64,000 nucleotides of DNA from Azolla caroliniana (Eukaryota; Plantae; Polypodiophyta). This document shows, one piece after another, positions 23,601 to 37,462 of this stretch (positions within the stretch are counted from its first letter, which is position 1; each line of letters begins with the position of its first letter). The notes below the pieces were generated by a model. It made no database searches. It was not told where the DNA came from and worked only from the letters and a program-made list of their open reading frames with translations. A program made the translations under genes and the position numbers. The stretch spans positions 4,092,001 to 4,156,000 of the forward strand of contig JBHGNT010000009.1 in NCBI GenBank assembly GCA_043228905.1. The letters run 5' to 3'.

Positions 23601-25326
23601 AATCGAAGTATATACAATACAAAATGTGTGTAAACAAATGAGCGTAACTTTTTAACCTACTTTTACGTGGACATGAATGAATGATCAAGCTCTTTGTGAC
23701 AATATGTATAATGCAATAAAACACTTCCTCGTGAGCTTTGATGAAAGTGGATTGTCTTATGTTGTTTCTTGCTTTTTGTACATGTAATGGCAAGCATAAT
23801 GTGTATTTTACAATATTAGAAGCATTAATTGTCATCTTGAGATTGTGAGACATCATTGGAAGGATATTTTTCATACCCATAGTTGAAGCACCCAAGCAAT
23901 TTATCAATGGAAACTCGTGACTTCTTTTTTAACCAAAAAAACTCCTTCCATTAGTTATAAAAGTTTACAAGTGAGATTATTATGTACAAATCCCTATAGG
24001 GGCGCGATAGTTCCATCTTATGTGGATGCCCACTGACTCAAGAAAGGGTGAGGACGACCATTGTTGGATGAAGGCTATTCGTTGTCTCTTCAACTCCATT
24101 GGAGCTGCCCTTGAGGCCATCATATTGGCTCTTTAGAGTGGCTACAATTTCACTCCATATCTATTGCAGTAACATTGTTGGATGCGCGGTTTGGTTGGAA
24201 AAGACCCGTCTACACCGTTGTTGGAAACTCGTGACTTTTATTTACTCGATTTATGTTTATTGAATATGTTATAAAGAGATCAAAGGTTATCCAATGTCCA
24301 TGTATGTATCGCAAGGTCCCGATTCTAGAGAAACATTGAACATTCAATCTCACATGGTGATATGTTGCAACTTTAGCTTTCCCCTTTTTGACGTCAAAAT
24401 AATAAAGGGGAATGATTCATGTCCATCTACGAAGGGAATATGTTATATAGAATGATATGTTAAAATACATATGATCCTCATACATATATTCTCATTATCG
24501 TAAAATAGTACAAGTGAAAAGAAGGTGTATTGTTTCTCAAACCTTAGATGGAAAAAAAGTTTGGACATAACCTTGAAATAAAACTTTATTCGTCTATAAA
24601 ACCCCCAATTTCTTGAACACCACTAATTGGCAAAAACAACAATTGGATGTTGACAACTAATATTTTAGAGGAGAGATGGCAATACATGCACTCGAGAATG
24701 TTCAAAACTTGAATAATGATTTAAAATGTGCACGTCATGTAATACGGGTACGACGACAACTATGATTTTCATAAATCTAATGTCATTTGGTACGATCTCA
24801 TTTCTATCCATGTCTATTTATTGTATCTATGACTATACAATAGAATTCGGCAACACATCTCCGTGTCTTATCTTATTTTTATGGGTTGCACATTATAAAA
24901 CATATATAAGTAATATATTTGATGTCAACCATTTATAACAACAAAACAAGAACGAGATAATGGACAAGAATGTGATCATTTAAATTTGAAGTCCAAATAT
25001 TTTTCAAGTTTGGTGCAATTGTTGCTAATAAAGGCCTTACGCCAACATAGCTAGTGACACTAGGTGAATAAACAAATAGTATAGCATGGATTTCTTAAAT
25101 AAATTAATATAAAAGAAATGAGAAGCAATATGTTATGAGCCCTTGGACAGTTTGAAAAGCGAGGAATAGATTTGCATATGAAAACCTCTCTCTATATATG
25201 TATACAAACACAAATGCACAAACACACAAATAAGAACTTGTGACTATAGCATACTTATTCACATAGTCATCTATCAAATAATCATCTATATAAAGTGGGC
25301 ATTTCTTTATGTCAATCACCTAAAGG

Positions 25327-25559
25327 TAGGAATCGACAACGGTTCGGCTCAAGCCTAAACCAAACCGTTAAACTATTTTAAATGGGTCGGCGGTTTGATT
25401 TGGTTTAGGATTGAGCTTCCTTAACCGGTTTGAGCTCAGTTTGGGATGGCTCAAGCCGAACTGAACCGAATTGGGCCAAACTGGTTTAGGAACAGGTTCG
25501 GTTCAAGTTTGGGAACTCCCAAACCGGTTAAGTCGAAACCGAATCGTTGTTGATTCTTA
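25327..25559. mobile_element. Non-autonomous hAT-type MITE (233 bp)
   Basis: TIRs TAGGAATCGACAACGGTTCGG / CCGAATCGTTGTTGATTCTTA; 8-bp TSD CCTAAAGG / CCTGAAGG; AACCG/CGGTT subterminal repeats. Confidence 0.82.
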
Positions 25560-27750
25560 CCTGAAGGACTTATTACATGCGTTGTCTCCACTATAATTAG
25601 TGGACACACAATCATCTATGCACAAAGCTTTCGTGTATAACCGATAATAACATCGATGCATCGATCCTTGGGGGATTTTTTTTGGGGGTTGTTATGCATG
25701 TTCCTTTGTGAATAAGGATTTGCTTAAACCATGAGAATAACGTTGTAAAGATATTATGACAAAATTGCAACACAAACTTTAAAGGTGGATACTTATATTG
25801 TGTATTGCGATATATTCAAATTATGCATATTTCCAAATGCTCGATTTTATGACTCTCTCATAATAATCCTAGTACATTGTACAAATTCTCTTACCAACCA
25901 TCTAATACATAGACATCCCCCCATGTCATACTTGTTTATATATTTGTATAATGACTTGGCCACATTCCTACAATGCAACACTGACTATAATAATGATTCA
26001 CGACCATCCAACATATAGCCAGCCCCCAAAAGCCCAAACTCTATATGTGCAAGGGAGGTGTTGCATTTGCAACATGCAAAGTAATTGTCTAGTGAGACTT
26101 CAAATGAATTATAAATGGTAGTAGGGATGAGTAGAAATAATGGTGGAGCAATCAGAGGAAGCATATCGTCCCATATATTCTATTATTGTGCGAATTGTTA
26201 TTTGGAGAGTGAAAATGTTGATTCATCTCTCTAACTAAGATTGATTACGAGACCCATTCAAGGATATAATATGAAGCCCATGTATGAAAAGTGCTTCAAA
26301 GATATGAAGGAATCCATGTTACGATATATTCATCTAGGTCTTTGATGTCCTCTTATGGGTGAAGATGGTGTGTAGGACCTCAAGGGCTTATAATTTTTGT
26401 CCCTTTTTTTATGGAAGCTTTTATTTTTAACATGGTCATTGCATGACTTGCACTTCACAATACCAATAGGTAAATCACTGCGGTGCATCAAACTGTATGA
26501 ATGTTCTTAGAGTTTTTTTATTGTTAAAAATAATTGAACATGTTGCCGATTGATAATATTGTTTTGCCACTTTAGAGCATGTTCTGTCATGGAAATAGGA
26601 AGCCATTGGAGCAAAGAATGTGTTTTTGTGATGTTAATAGACAAGAAGGTCACGTCTGCAAAAACACCGAAGGGATTGGAAACAATACGATGCCGCCATT
26701 GCTAGTTGTTGTTCAAACAAATGGATTCAGGTTTTAAAAGCTACAAAGGCATAGAGTTGAGCACGACAACCAACAATGAATGGCCCTATAAAGAAAGGGT
26801 GGGTAGATAAGCATATGGTTTGTTGGCATTGTGGATACCACCCGAAACCTCGAGGTGAGAGAGGGAGAGAGAGCTTTTAGTTGGTAAGGTTGTACATTGG
26901 AGACCTAAAGAGACATGCCTACATTCGATAGTGGCACCGGGTAAATTAAGAGGATATGTATGGAGTAGTTAATAAAGAGGGTGAGAAATTGGGTCTCAAA
27001 TCCAAGAAATAGAACTTAGTAGTAGGGTAAAGGAGAGAGAGAGTGTGTGTTTTGTTGTTTTTAAGCACGTGACAAAAACGGTGCGCGAAAGGTGTGCATG
27101 GGAGAGGGAGAGAGAGAGGAAGAGACTAAATATAAGTTTCCTTTTTTTCCTTTTTTTTGGGGGCGGGGGGTGGTATTATTGGGCGGACAGGTGTGAACGC
27201 ATATTTGTGCCCTCTCCAAAAAAGAAGAAGTTTGAGTTGACAGGCTGGCATGGCGGTGTGGCTGGTGGGACCCGCAGGCGTCCGCCCCGGCCCCCCCCCC
27301 CAAAAAAAAAAGAAAAGAAAAAGAAAGAGAGAGGAAAAGCATGATATAATACATATGTAATAATAATTAATAATAAGGTTTTTTTTTTCCAAAAAAAAAA
27401 AGAAAGTTTTAAAGTAAAATCAAGAAGAAGATGAAGAAGAAGAAGAGAGAAGAAAACGGAAGGCCTTCCCCTTCCAAAGAAATAAATGGATGGGATGATG
27501 GGACTACTACTACTACTACTACTACTACTTCCTTCTTTTTTACTGTACATTGGATAAGGCCGACGGACGAAATCGGTTGCTGTCCCTGTCAGCAGCCCAA
27601 ATACGAATACGAATACGTATGTATAAGCATACGCATACGAATACGAATACATACCAATACTAATTCAAATCCTCTCTCTAACACCCCCCCCCCCCTCCTC
27701 CCTCTGTCTGATTCATCTGCTTCGAGACCCCCCCCCCCCCCCCCCCCCCT

Positions 27751-27796
<46 letters not shown>

Positions 27797-27982
27797 AAAC
27801 CATCGCCCAATACACTCTGTCCCTCTCTACTCTTTCTTTCTCTTCTCTCTTCAGATCCACTCTGAATCCTCCTCTTCTCCTTCTTGCAGGCTCTCCCTCT
27901 CTCTCTCTCTCTCTTCCCACCAGAGGCCAGAACCACCATCAAAACCCTAGCAGAGAATCGACCCCCCCCAAAGCAAGAAGCC

Positions 27983-30837
27983 ATGGCTTCTAGGTCATAC
28001 TCAAATCTAGTAGATCTAACAGGAAAAGGAGCGAAGGCAGAGGACCCCCTCCTCCTCCCTTCTTCACACACCAAACGTTTGTCAAAGCCCACCCCTTCCT
28101 CTTCAACCGACGTTTCTCTTTCAAACCACCTCTCCTCAGATTTGCTACCTTCTTCTTCTTCCTCATCCTCTCTCACCCTAGCTCAGCAGGATCGAATCAT
28201 AATAGTTGCCCATTTCCTGCCCCTCCAAGCTCTAAGGAACTCTGATGGCTATGGCGGAGGATGGACTTTCACTTGGGACACCGACTCTCTCCTTCTGCAG
28301 CTTAAAGACGGCCTTCCTCAACACATGGAAGTAGTATATGTGGGTTGCCTCAACGTTCATATAGAACATTCCGAGCAAGAAGAAGTTTACTCAACCTTGC
28401 TTGAGAATTTCAGGTGTGTCCCTGCCTTTTTACCACACGACCTAAGAGATAAATTCTACTTAGGCTTCTGTAAACAACAGTTATGGCCCCTGTTTCATTA
28501 TATGCTTCCTCTTGTTCCTGGCCACGGTGGTCGGTTTGACCGATCTCTGTGGAAAGCTTATGTCACAGTCAACAGATTATTTGCTGAAAAAATCATGGAA
28601 GTTATTAGCCCAGATGAAGATTTTGTATGGGTTCATGACTATCACCTAATGGTCTTGCCCACTTTCTTGAGAAATAAATTCAATAAGATAAAGCTTGGAT
28701 TCTTTCTCCATAGTCCATTTCCTTCTTCGGAGGTTTTTCGAACACTTCCAGTTAGAGAAGAAATTCTACGAGGTCTTTTGAATTCAGATCTTATTGGGTT
28801 CCATACCTTTGACTATGCAAGACACTTCTTGTCTTGTTGTAGTCGTATGTTGGGATTGGAATATGAATCAAAGAGAGGTTATATAAGCTTAGATTACTAT
28901 GGTAGAACAGTTGGTATTAAGATCATGCCCGTAGGTATTCATATGGGTCAATTGGAAGATGGGCTTAAGCTTTCAGATACAGTTGAAAGGATAAAGCAAC
29001 TCAGGGCAGAGTTTGAAGGCAAGATTGTGTTATTGGGCGTAGATGATATGGACATTTTCAAAGGGATAAGCCTCAAGTTTCTAGCTATGGAAGAGTTATT
29101 GAGGCAGAACCCTAAATGGGTAGGGAAAGTTGTTCTCGTTCAGATTGCTAATCCGGCGAGAGGAAGAGGAAAAGATGTACAAGAGCTTCAGTTAGAGGCT
29201 GAGTCAGCAGTCTCAAGGATCAATGAAACATATGGGTTTGATGGATATTCTCCGGTTATCCTTATTGAGGAGAGAGCAATACCTTTGTCTGAAAGAATTG
29301 CATACTATCACATTGCAGAATGTTGTATTGTCACAGCAGTTAGAGATGGGATGAATCTCATTCCTTACGAGTATATTGTGTGCAGACAAAGTACTCCGGA
29401 CCTCGACGCCATGCCAGGGTTATCTAATGCTGATTCAAAGAAGAGTATGTTGATAGTTTCAGAATTCATTGGTTGCTCTCCATCTCTCAGTGGGGCAGTA
29501 AGGGTGAATCCATGGAACATTGAAGCTGTTGCTGAGGCTATGAATTCAGCTATAATCATGCCCGAACCAGAAAAACAAATGAGACATGAAAAACATTATA
29601 AATATGTTAGTACTCACGATGTTGCGTATTGGGCCCAAAGTTGCGTTGGAGATTTAGAAAGAGCTTGTAAGGATCATTCGCGATGGCTATGCTATGGGTT
29701 AGGATTTGGTCTTAATTTCAGAGTAGTTGCGCTTGATCCTTACTTCCAGAAATTGCTGCTTGATGAGCATATTGTCTCATCATATAAGAATGCAGAGAGC
29801 CGAGCTATCTTTTTAGATTATGATGGAACCATGGTACCTCAAGGGTCTATTAACAAGGCTCCTAATCAGGATGTTCTTGCAGTATTAGACGTGTTGTGTC
29901 GGGACCCGTGCAATATGGTCTTCATAGTAAGTGGAAGAGGTTGTCATCCTCTCAGCGAATGGTTTTCATCTTGTGAGAATCTTGGTATTGCAGCGGAGCA
30001 TGGTTTCTTTTACAGGTATTTGTTTATTTCACAGAGTTGAATAAAATATGATCACTAATACGTGGAATTGTAATTTATTTCATATGAAATATATTTTGAT
30101 ATTTGTATGCAGGTGGAAGAAGGATGCCCCTTGGGAGACACCTCTGCCTATAATAGATTTTAGCTGGAAAGAAGTAGTTTCTCCTGTCTTGAAGCTATAC
30201 ACTGAGAGTACTGATGGGTCTTACATAGAAGCAAAAGAAAGTGCATTGGTATGGCACTATCAAGATGCGGATCCAGATTTTGGCTCTTGGCAAGCCAAGG
30301 AATTGTTAGATCACTTAGAAAGTGTTCTTGCAAATGAGCCTGTTTCAGTTAAGTCAGGACAACAGATCATTGAAGTTAAACCTCAGGTTGGTCTTCATTG
30401 AATGTTACCAATGCATTAACATTTTTAGCTTTTTGAATGTTACATCCGCTTTTCAAATTGTAAATACTTGTGGTGTTGGTTGGTAGTGATTGACAAACGC
30501 TCTAATATTGTCACAGGGAATTAGCAAAGGAGTGGTTGTAGAGCAAATACTGTCTACACTAGCGAGTCGTGGCACGCCACCCAATTTCGTGTTATGTGTT
30601 GGTGATGATAGGTCGGATGAGGACATGTTTGAAAGCATAGAGGCAGCTATGTCTTCACCTCCTCATGTACCGTCAGCAGAGGTGTTTTTGTGCACTGTTG
30701 GGAGAAAACCAAGTAAAGCGAAATACTTTCTTGACGATACATCAGAGGTCTTAAGGCTATTAGTGGGAATTGCTACTGCATCTGATCCTATAAAAGGCAA
30801 CTCTACTGGCAGCTTGCACATTGAAGACGTATATTGA
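27983..30837 (+). CDS. TPS: Class II trehalose-6-phosphate synthase/phosphatase; exons 27983-30015, 30113-30386, 30517-30837 (875 aa)
   Basis: MASRSYSNL start; GT20 motifs WVHDYHL, FFLHSPFP, RDGMNL, SEFIGC; HAD motifs FLDYDGT and GDDRSDEDMF. Two GT-AG introns give a continuous frame. Confidence 0.95.
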
Positions 30838-33800
30838 AAAATCAATGCTGGTCATATAGATATATTGACAAAAAGCTGGACCTAATTGGCAATATACACA
30901 AATTTAGAGTTTGGGAGTTTCTCACTACTTCTTATAGTGAAAGAGGTTAAAGTTATCAGATATGAGATAGAACAGTTTAATGGCTCCTTGAATGATGGTG
31001 GGAGTCTTGATTCCACACCCTCCAAAAGTATGTGTGAAGTCCTTTCTTCAAGATTCTACTCTACATTCTCATGTGTACAATGTGAAGTTCGGAGGGAGCT
31101 GATAGGATGATGCATACAATGTTTAATGGCTTTGTTCATATCAGGTTTGCTCAATTTTGGATTGTGAGCTATTTTCCCGTGTGTATAGGTCGGTTCATCT
31201 TACAATATATATAGCAAATACTCGGCGGAAATGTTTGTGGCTTTGGGCAAGTATATATGTATATATATCTTGTCTTTAGCTCTGAGTTTTTTTTTTCTTT
31301 TATTAATGGGATAAGACTTACCCGACTTGTTCAGAACAACATTATTCTTTTAACCCTCGGAGTGGGGCCACATGATATTGTAAGAAGTTTTTTAGAACAA
31401 ATTTTGAATACATACTTACGTTTGTCGGAGTCAAAAGTGTGATTTCATCCATATTTGTCTAGTTAATTAATGCATATGTATATATATTGATGTGAGGAGT
31501 AATTGAATGATTATAAGTGAATGAGAAAGTAGAGTACTATTGAATAGGTGGGATTTGAAATTGTGGTGTATGTTGTGGTTTTCGAGAGAGAGCGAATGTT
31601 GTGTCCCAAGCCAAGGACACCTTATTTTAATTTGGCTATCAAATTTAGGAAATTTCAGATGTGACTGCTCAGCTTTGTAGACATTGGAAATTACCCAATT
31701 TGGTCTTCATGATTCCCTGGAAGAGATATTATGATCTGTATGAAATGTAATACAGTTTTCTGGTTTACATGTTTGAAATCATGGTGATATAAATACTCTG
31801 CATCCTGTTGAAAAGATTTATTTGGATTCTTTTGGTATTTGAATTATCATGGAATTTATGAAATAGGAAAAGTCAGGATTTTGGCATTGCATGAAGTCCC
31901 AGATTCCTTGGGGATTTTTCTTCAATTAAGAGATTTAATATTTGAACTACATACAACTAAGCATTGAAGTACCTTTTTTCGAGTTTTGGTGAAGCTCGTA
32001 AGTGAAGATCAAATAGCCCAAGTGTTTGTTTAGGAGCCTAGTGAACAATAAGGAGAATAGTTCCGAGTACCCATGGCCATGCAAAGGGACCTTAAAGCTC
32101 TATGTGTTGCCTAGAAGTTGATGCATGTGGTTTCCTTTGAGAACATCCTCAATTTTCTTCTTTCCCTCAATGGAAGGAACTGAAAAAGATATTTTCAAAT
32201 AGTTGGATCGGAGGAGGTGATAGACCATGCATATCAATGATACATGAAAGATCATGATTGAAATAATTGGATTGATGTACACATCAAAACATGGAGAACA
32301 AAGATATAAACACTTGATTTGACCCTTGAGGTGTACATATTTGATGGTGGTATATTAACTTATGACGTTAATGTTTAATAATAAAATATCATTTGTATGT
32401 GTTTCTTTGAGTCCTTCACATGAGGGTGTTTTCAGGTTTGACTATGGAAGTTGGTGGTGGAATTTTATGTTTAATATACTTAATTAATGCATGTACAAAC
32501 ATTCAACAACCTATATTTTATGTTTATGTAAAATTACATCCTCTAATAGAGTGGAAAAACACGTTGCGACTTGAAATGATATTTAGTTAGGATGCATTCA
32601 ATTGTTTCCCTTAATGGACCATCTTATACAACGCCAAAATTCTAAAATGTAAAGGATATACATTGGTTATTAAATATTATTAAATCATTGAACACCCAAG
32701 TTCCGTGTGTCAAGATGTGTACTTACATCACCAATCGAGAAACACAAATCAATACACATGCACATGAATACATAAAATCCCTTTATAAGAACATTGAGGA
32801 TAATGTCAAATGGCTCGAATGGAGAGGTAGCGTACTGCTTGAGTCAACCACATGAACATATCATGTGAATAGAAGATGTACCTTTATCCACAATTCACGT
32901 ATTTGGTTGGAGCATGAAGATCACTATGTAGTATATTTGTGGGCCCATATTCATGAAGCATTTTCTATAATGCACTCTATATAGATATTAGACATGCATT
33001 AGTTTAAGATTCATGCACAAAATGCGGTCATGCATGTTAAGGCCATGTAAAAAAGTGCCAACCCATGATATAGTGAGCATTGGAAAATTAACTCCAAGGC
33101 ATTCAACACCACAATCAACTCATTTGCGTATGAAGTAAAAAAAAATGTAAATTTATCTAATACTATTGATTTTATGTTTAGTTCAGAAACCTCATGAATC
33201 AAATGTTTTGTTGGCATGAAAATTTAACTTTGCTCGATGTAGGATGTGTAATAATCTATTACTACCCTTTATCATGCAACGGGCTTTTGTAAAACAAATT
33301 GTCAAAAGTATATGTGGATGCATATCCCTTCAGTTCTCATGGGTACGTGTCAAGTGAGTTATGTAATCACACTTGGTGGGTGTCACATGTGTGTTTTTTC
33401 CTTTGCCTAGAAATAGGTGCCCAATTATGTTATGCTATGTGGTTTAGCTAGAAATAATCAATGTTCCCCCCCTTATGGCCTCCCTTTTACGTTCCGTCTA
33501 CAAGCAACTCACTATTTTCATGCGAGGCTCTTATCTTATAAGGAAAATAGTATACAAGTGTCACGATCCATAGTTAGACCAACTTCTCCCTTCGAAAATT
33601 TCGAAACAAACTATCATTAGAAAAAGATTGCCTATAACTCTAACATTTGTATAGGAGGTTGATTGCCTCAAATGCAACAAGGGAGTCACAACATCGAGAT
33701 ATGTTCATATTGATAAATCGATAACAATCTTTATGTGTAGCTAGCCATAGATGATAACATAATTGATTAACCCTTGGATTGTTTTAGGTCTCAAGTAAAA

Positions 33801-36777
33801 CCTTTGTCAGCAAATCCCAAATGAAAAAGTTGTTCACCCCAATTTAGTTGCAACTACCATTTTTCTTTCGCATCAACACCTCTTCTCATTCAATCAACCT
33901 TTGGAATGTAACAAATAATTGTCCACCCTAGACCCACTAAATATAAACTTGTCCCTCAATTTTAGTGCAACAAACGAGTGTTTGTTAGATAAAGATCACT
34001 TTCTGTTATGTCTCACTTCATTCATACTAACCATGAGTTGGGTTTTCATGTTAATATTTCTTTTTATTTGATCAGTCTTGTGAGCTTAACCAAAACTTAC
34101 TCGTTTAAGTTAGCATTAATAGCTCTAATGGATTTAACCATTTTTGCGAAGTAAAAATTCTCTTTCATTCCATCTCGTGATTGGGTTCCTTGTGATTTTG
34201 TGTCATTTTCTTTTTGGTGTGCAATGTGCCTCTTGTATTGTATAGTTGTTTTCCAACTCTACTTGTAGTGTGTCATGCAATATGTTTTGTAATGACAACA
34301 CATATTAAGGCTCTTCTATTGCAATTTGGATTTGGGCTTCTTTAGCCTCTACATGTTGGGCATGTAGGGTTATTTGAGCTTCGACTAGAAAGGGTTGTGC
34401 CTTGGCTACTTTGTATCGTGTGCCTTGGCTAATTCGTATTGAATGAGACCTTCAAAATTCTATTGCGGGTTCATTTTCCTTTCCAATTTTGGCAACAATA
34501 TCCATATGAATATTCCAAGATTGCAATGCATTTTGAAAAATCCACCCCATTGTGTAAAAGCAATGTTCAGAAGTTGCTTTTGAACTTTGAGTACCTAAAG
34601 GTTTTTATAACTTTGCAACTTTGGACATTGAATTATCATTCTTGAAATGAGTATTTGGATTAGATCATCATCGTGTGTTGAAGTTAGATGTGTTCTTACA
34701 TATCATTTTATAATTTTGATATGTATGTGATTCCCATGAATTGGTATTTAATCCAACCCCTTGAAAAACCAATCCCCAAAATGATCCCTAAACCTCTCTT
34801 TTACAGTTAAGTTGCACGAAGTAGTTTTGATTTTTAGGTGATTCATGCTTGTCAAGTTGGCATTAGATGCCCAAGGATGATTTGTCCTTAGTGTGGCTTC
34901 CGTTTGCACGACACCCGAACACGTCTATGACTTGATGGAGTAACCCTCAAGTATGAGTAACCAATGTTTATACATGCTACTCGACAAACTATGAAAAGAA
35001 CTTGCCACCAACTTAATTGGCAACATGGGTTGATGTTATACAAGCCCAAATATGGCAACAAACATCTATCGTAGACCCATGGCTCGTCTAGGATGCAATT
35101 CACTAACAAGCAAAATCCTGAGTCTAGGTGGCGAATGTGAAATTCTAATACACATACACATACATGCACAAATTTATGCATGAATTACAAAATCATATAC
35201 ATTCTTTAGATATTTTTTAATATTTTTTTAAAAACTTATATTGTTTTGTTATTGACAAAATTTCCAATGCTTATGAATAAGTTTTCATTTCTTTGAATGG
35301 TTTAGAATTTCTTGAAATTTTAATTTATTTTACAAATGCCAAAACCTTTGAAACCCTTATTGTAAATATTTTTGGCATTACATAAGTTTTATTTCACAGT
35401 AAAAAGATTTTTCTTTCTTCTTTGCCACAATTTCCAACAAAAGGTAAAAGTGGCTTTCGATGATATCAATGTCTAGCTGCATTCAGGACTTGCTAGCAGT
35501 GTCTTGATGCTTGTTGAAAAATAACAGGTTTTGTCAAGCAACCGTTTGCTATTATGTGAACAACGATTGCCTCACATATTTTGATCAAGGTGTCACACGA
35601 CGATAGCCAAAATATGTATGAAAGCGACATGTAAAATAGTAGAGTATCTATAGATACTTAGAATATACATTGCTTGATTTGTTTATGTAATTCACCTAAC
35701 TAATGGGAAGCACTTTTTTCTTGGAAAAACAAATGCTAGAAATACTAGCACTTCTCAAAGAATTTTGGAAATACCAAAATAATGGTAAATGTGCATGAAA
35801 TACTAGCCCTTATATCACATGAGAAGTTCTATGTTTGGTTAGCACTTTAGGATAGTTATGGGTATTTCCAACATGAATAGGTCAAAATATAAAAAAATGT
35901 TGGAATTTCATGTACTTTGGCGATGTTGGTATTTCTAGCACATTACTGCGATCTTTGAACATTCTTGCAAAAGTAGTTCTTTATACGAAAAACAATAATC
36001 TCTAGTATCTACCATTGTTTCCAAGATTGTTGTAGACAAAGTCCTATTGCAAAATTATGGGAGTATTTGCCTATACTAGCAATTTGATGAACTAAGAAAA
36101 ACTACACTATGTGGAACAACATAACCGTGTACGCATCCTCCTTTTATCATAACATTAGTGCCAATAATTTATGTTGAATCAATACACTAATTAAGAAATA
36201 TGTTTATCCCTAGTTAAATAATTATTTATAGATAAGGTACACACAAGGTGTGTTCTAACTTCTACATGAGAGCTCTACATGAGAGAATGAAGATCAAGAG
36301 ATAATCCCAAAGGTGTGTGCTGCATGAGAGCTCTTGCTCTTTATACCAGTTGGAAATCCAAATGGGTTCCTTTTACATTACAAGCCCAAATGGCATTGGT
36401 CGTTGTTACTTGAACTCGTACACATTAAGACAAATATTTTACATTAGAAATCATTAAGCCTTAAAACCAAAGAATATGTCATCATATTTGTAGGCATGAT
36501 GGATATGTGGTGAAATACATGTACTGTTCTCATAGATTCACATAAACATCGTGGTCTCCAAATCAATCATGTTTGCAAAACTCATTAGTAAAAATATTGT
36601 GTCTCAAGCCTAAATTTATGAAGTAAGGCATCTTCTCCTCTAGTATGAACAGAAAAACAAGAACATGTAATAAATATTTCTTTGTAAATTGTGTTCCACA
36701 TGTTGAGAAGGGATGGGTGACATATAGGCGAGTGATAGAACAAGATCAAATGAAAAGGTTATGATGGTTTAGTTCAT

Positions 36778-36820
36778 GTCCCACATACAAAGGCGGCACA
36801 AACCTTTTAGACTATATATG
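36778..36820 (+). promoter_or_regulatory. U6 Pol III promoter: USE GTCCCACATAC (36778-36788) and TATA box (36813-36819)
   Basis: Matches the plant USE consensus RTCCCACATCG at about -66, with TATA at about -31. Confidence 0.88.
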
Positions 36821-36843
36821 AGACTCAAGAATCTCTTAACTCT

Positions 36844-36863
36844 GTCCCTTCGGGGACATCTGA

Positions 36864-36895
<32 letters not shown>

Positions 36896-36947
36896 GGCCC
36901 CTGCGCAAGGATGACACGCACAAATCGAGAAATGGTCCAAATTTTTT
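36844..36947 (+). ncRNA. U6: U6 spliceosomal snRNA
   Basis: GTCCCTTCGGGGAC 5' stem, ACAGAGA box, AGC triad and ISL, full length, ends in a T6 terminator. Confidence 0.98.
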
Positions 36948-37462
36948 CCTCGCTTTTCCTTGCTACCTCCTCTTGTTTGTTTATCGCTAGTTTTAGGCGT
37001 GGATTTTCATTAGATTTCAGTCGATCTAACCTTGCCTTCTTGCTTCTGTTAGAAATGAAACCTGAAGAGTAGAATAATATCTTCGTTACTTAGGTTTGAG
37101 TTGGAAGATCAAGAAATGAATCACATCTTGCTTGCATTGTTTGCAAAACAGAAATCTTAAGGAATGGAAAAGAATACAAATTTTCTTACTTGTTTTTTAG
37201 TAAGTGAAAGTTGGAATTAAGACTCAATTTCCTAGCTTAATCCTCTACAAAAGTGAGTTCTTTTTGGGCTGTTTTAGAATTGAGTTAGTTCAGTTCTCTA
37301 CTGCCGTGTCTTGTCCGAGACAATATTAGTGATGCTTTTGCTTATTTATGAATTAGTAAAGGATGTTTTCTAATAACTTTATTAATACCTCTATAGTACC
37401 CCCTTGAAGCCAACATCTCTCTCCTTGCTACATTGAACAAGTACATGGACACCCCCATAAAA

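Noticed and set aside
21500-24300. Possible very old LINE/RT fragments in AT-rich DNA (also near 26.0-26.5 kb and 43.2-44.7 kb)
   Set aside because: Too degenerate to assign motifs or boundaries by eye.
27045-27920. ORFs upstream of TPS as a conserved-peptide uORF
   Set aside because: They derive from homopolymers and microsatellites, and no uORF peptide could be recognised.
35700-36085. AAATACTAG / GGTATTT repeats suggesting a decayed DNA transposon
   Set aside because: No clear TIR or TSD.
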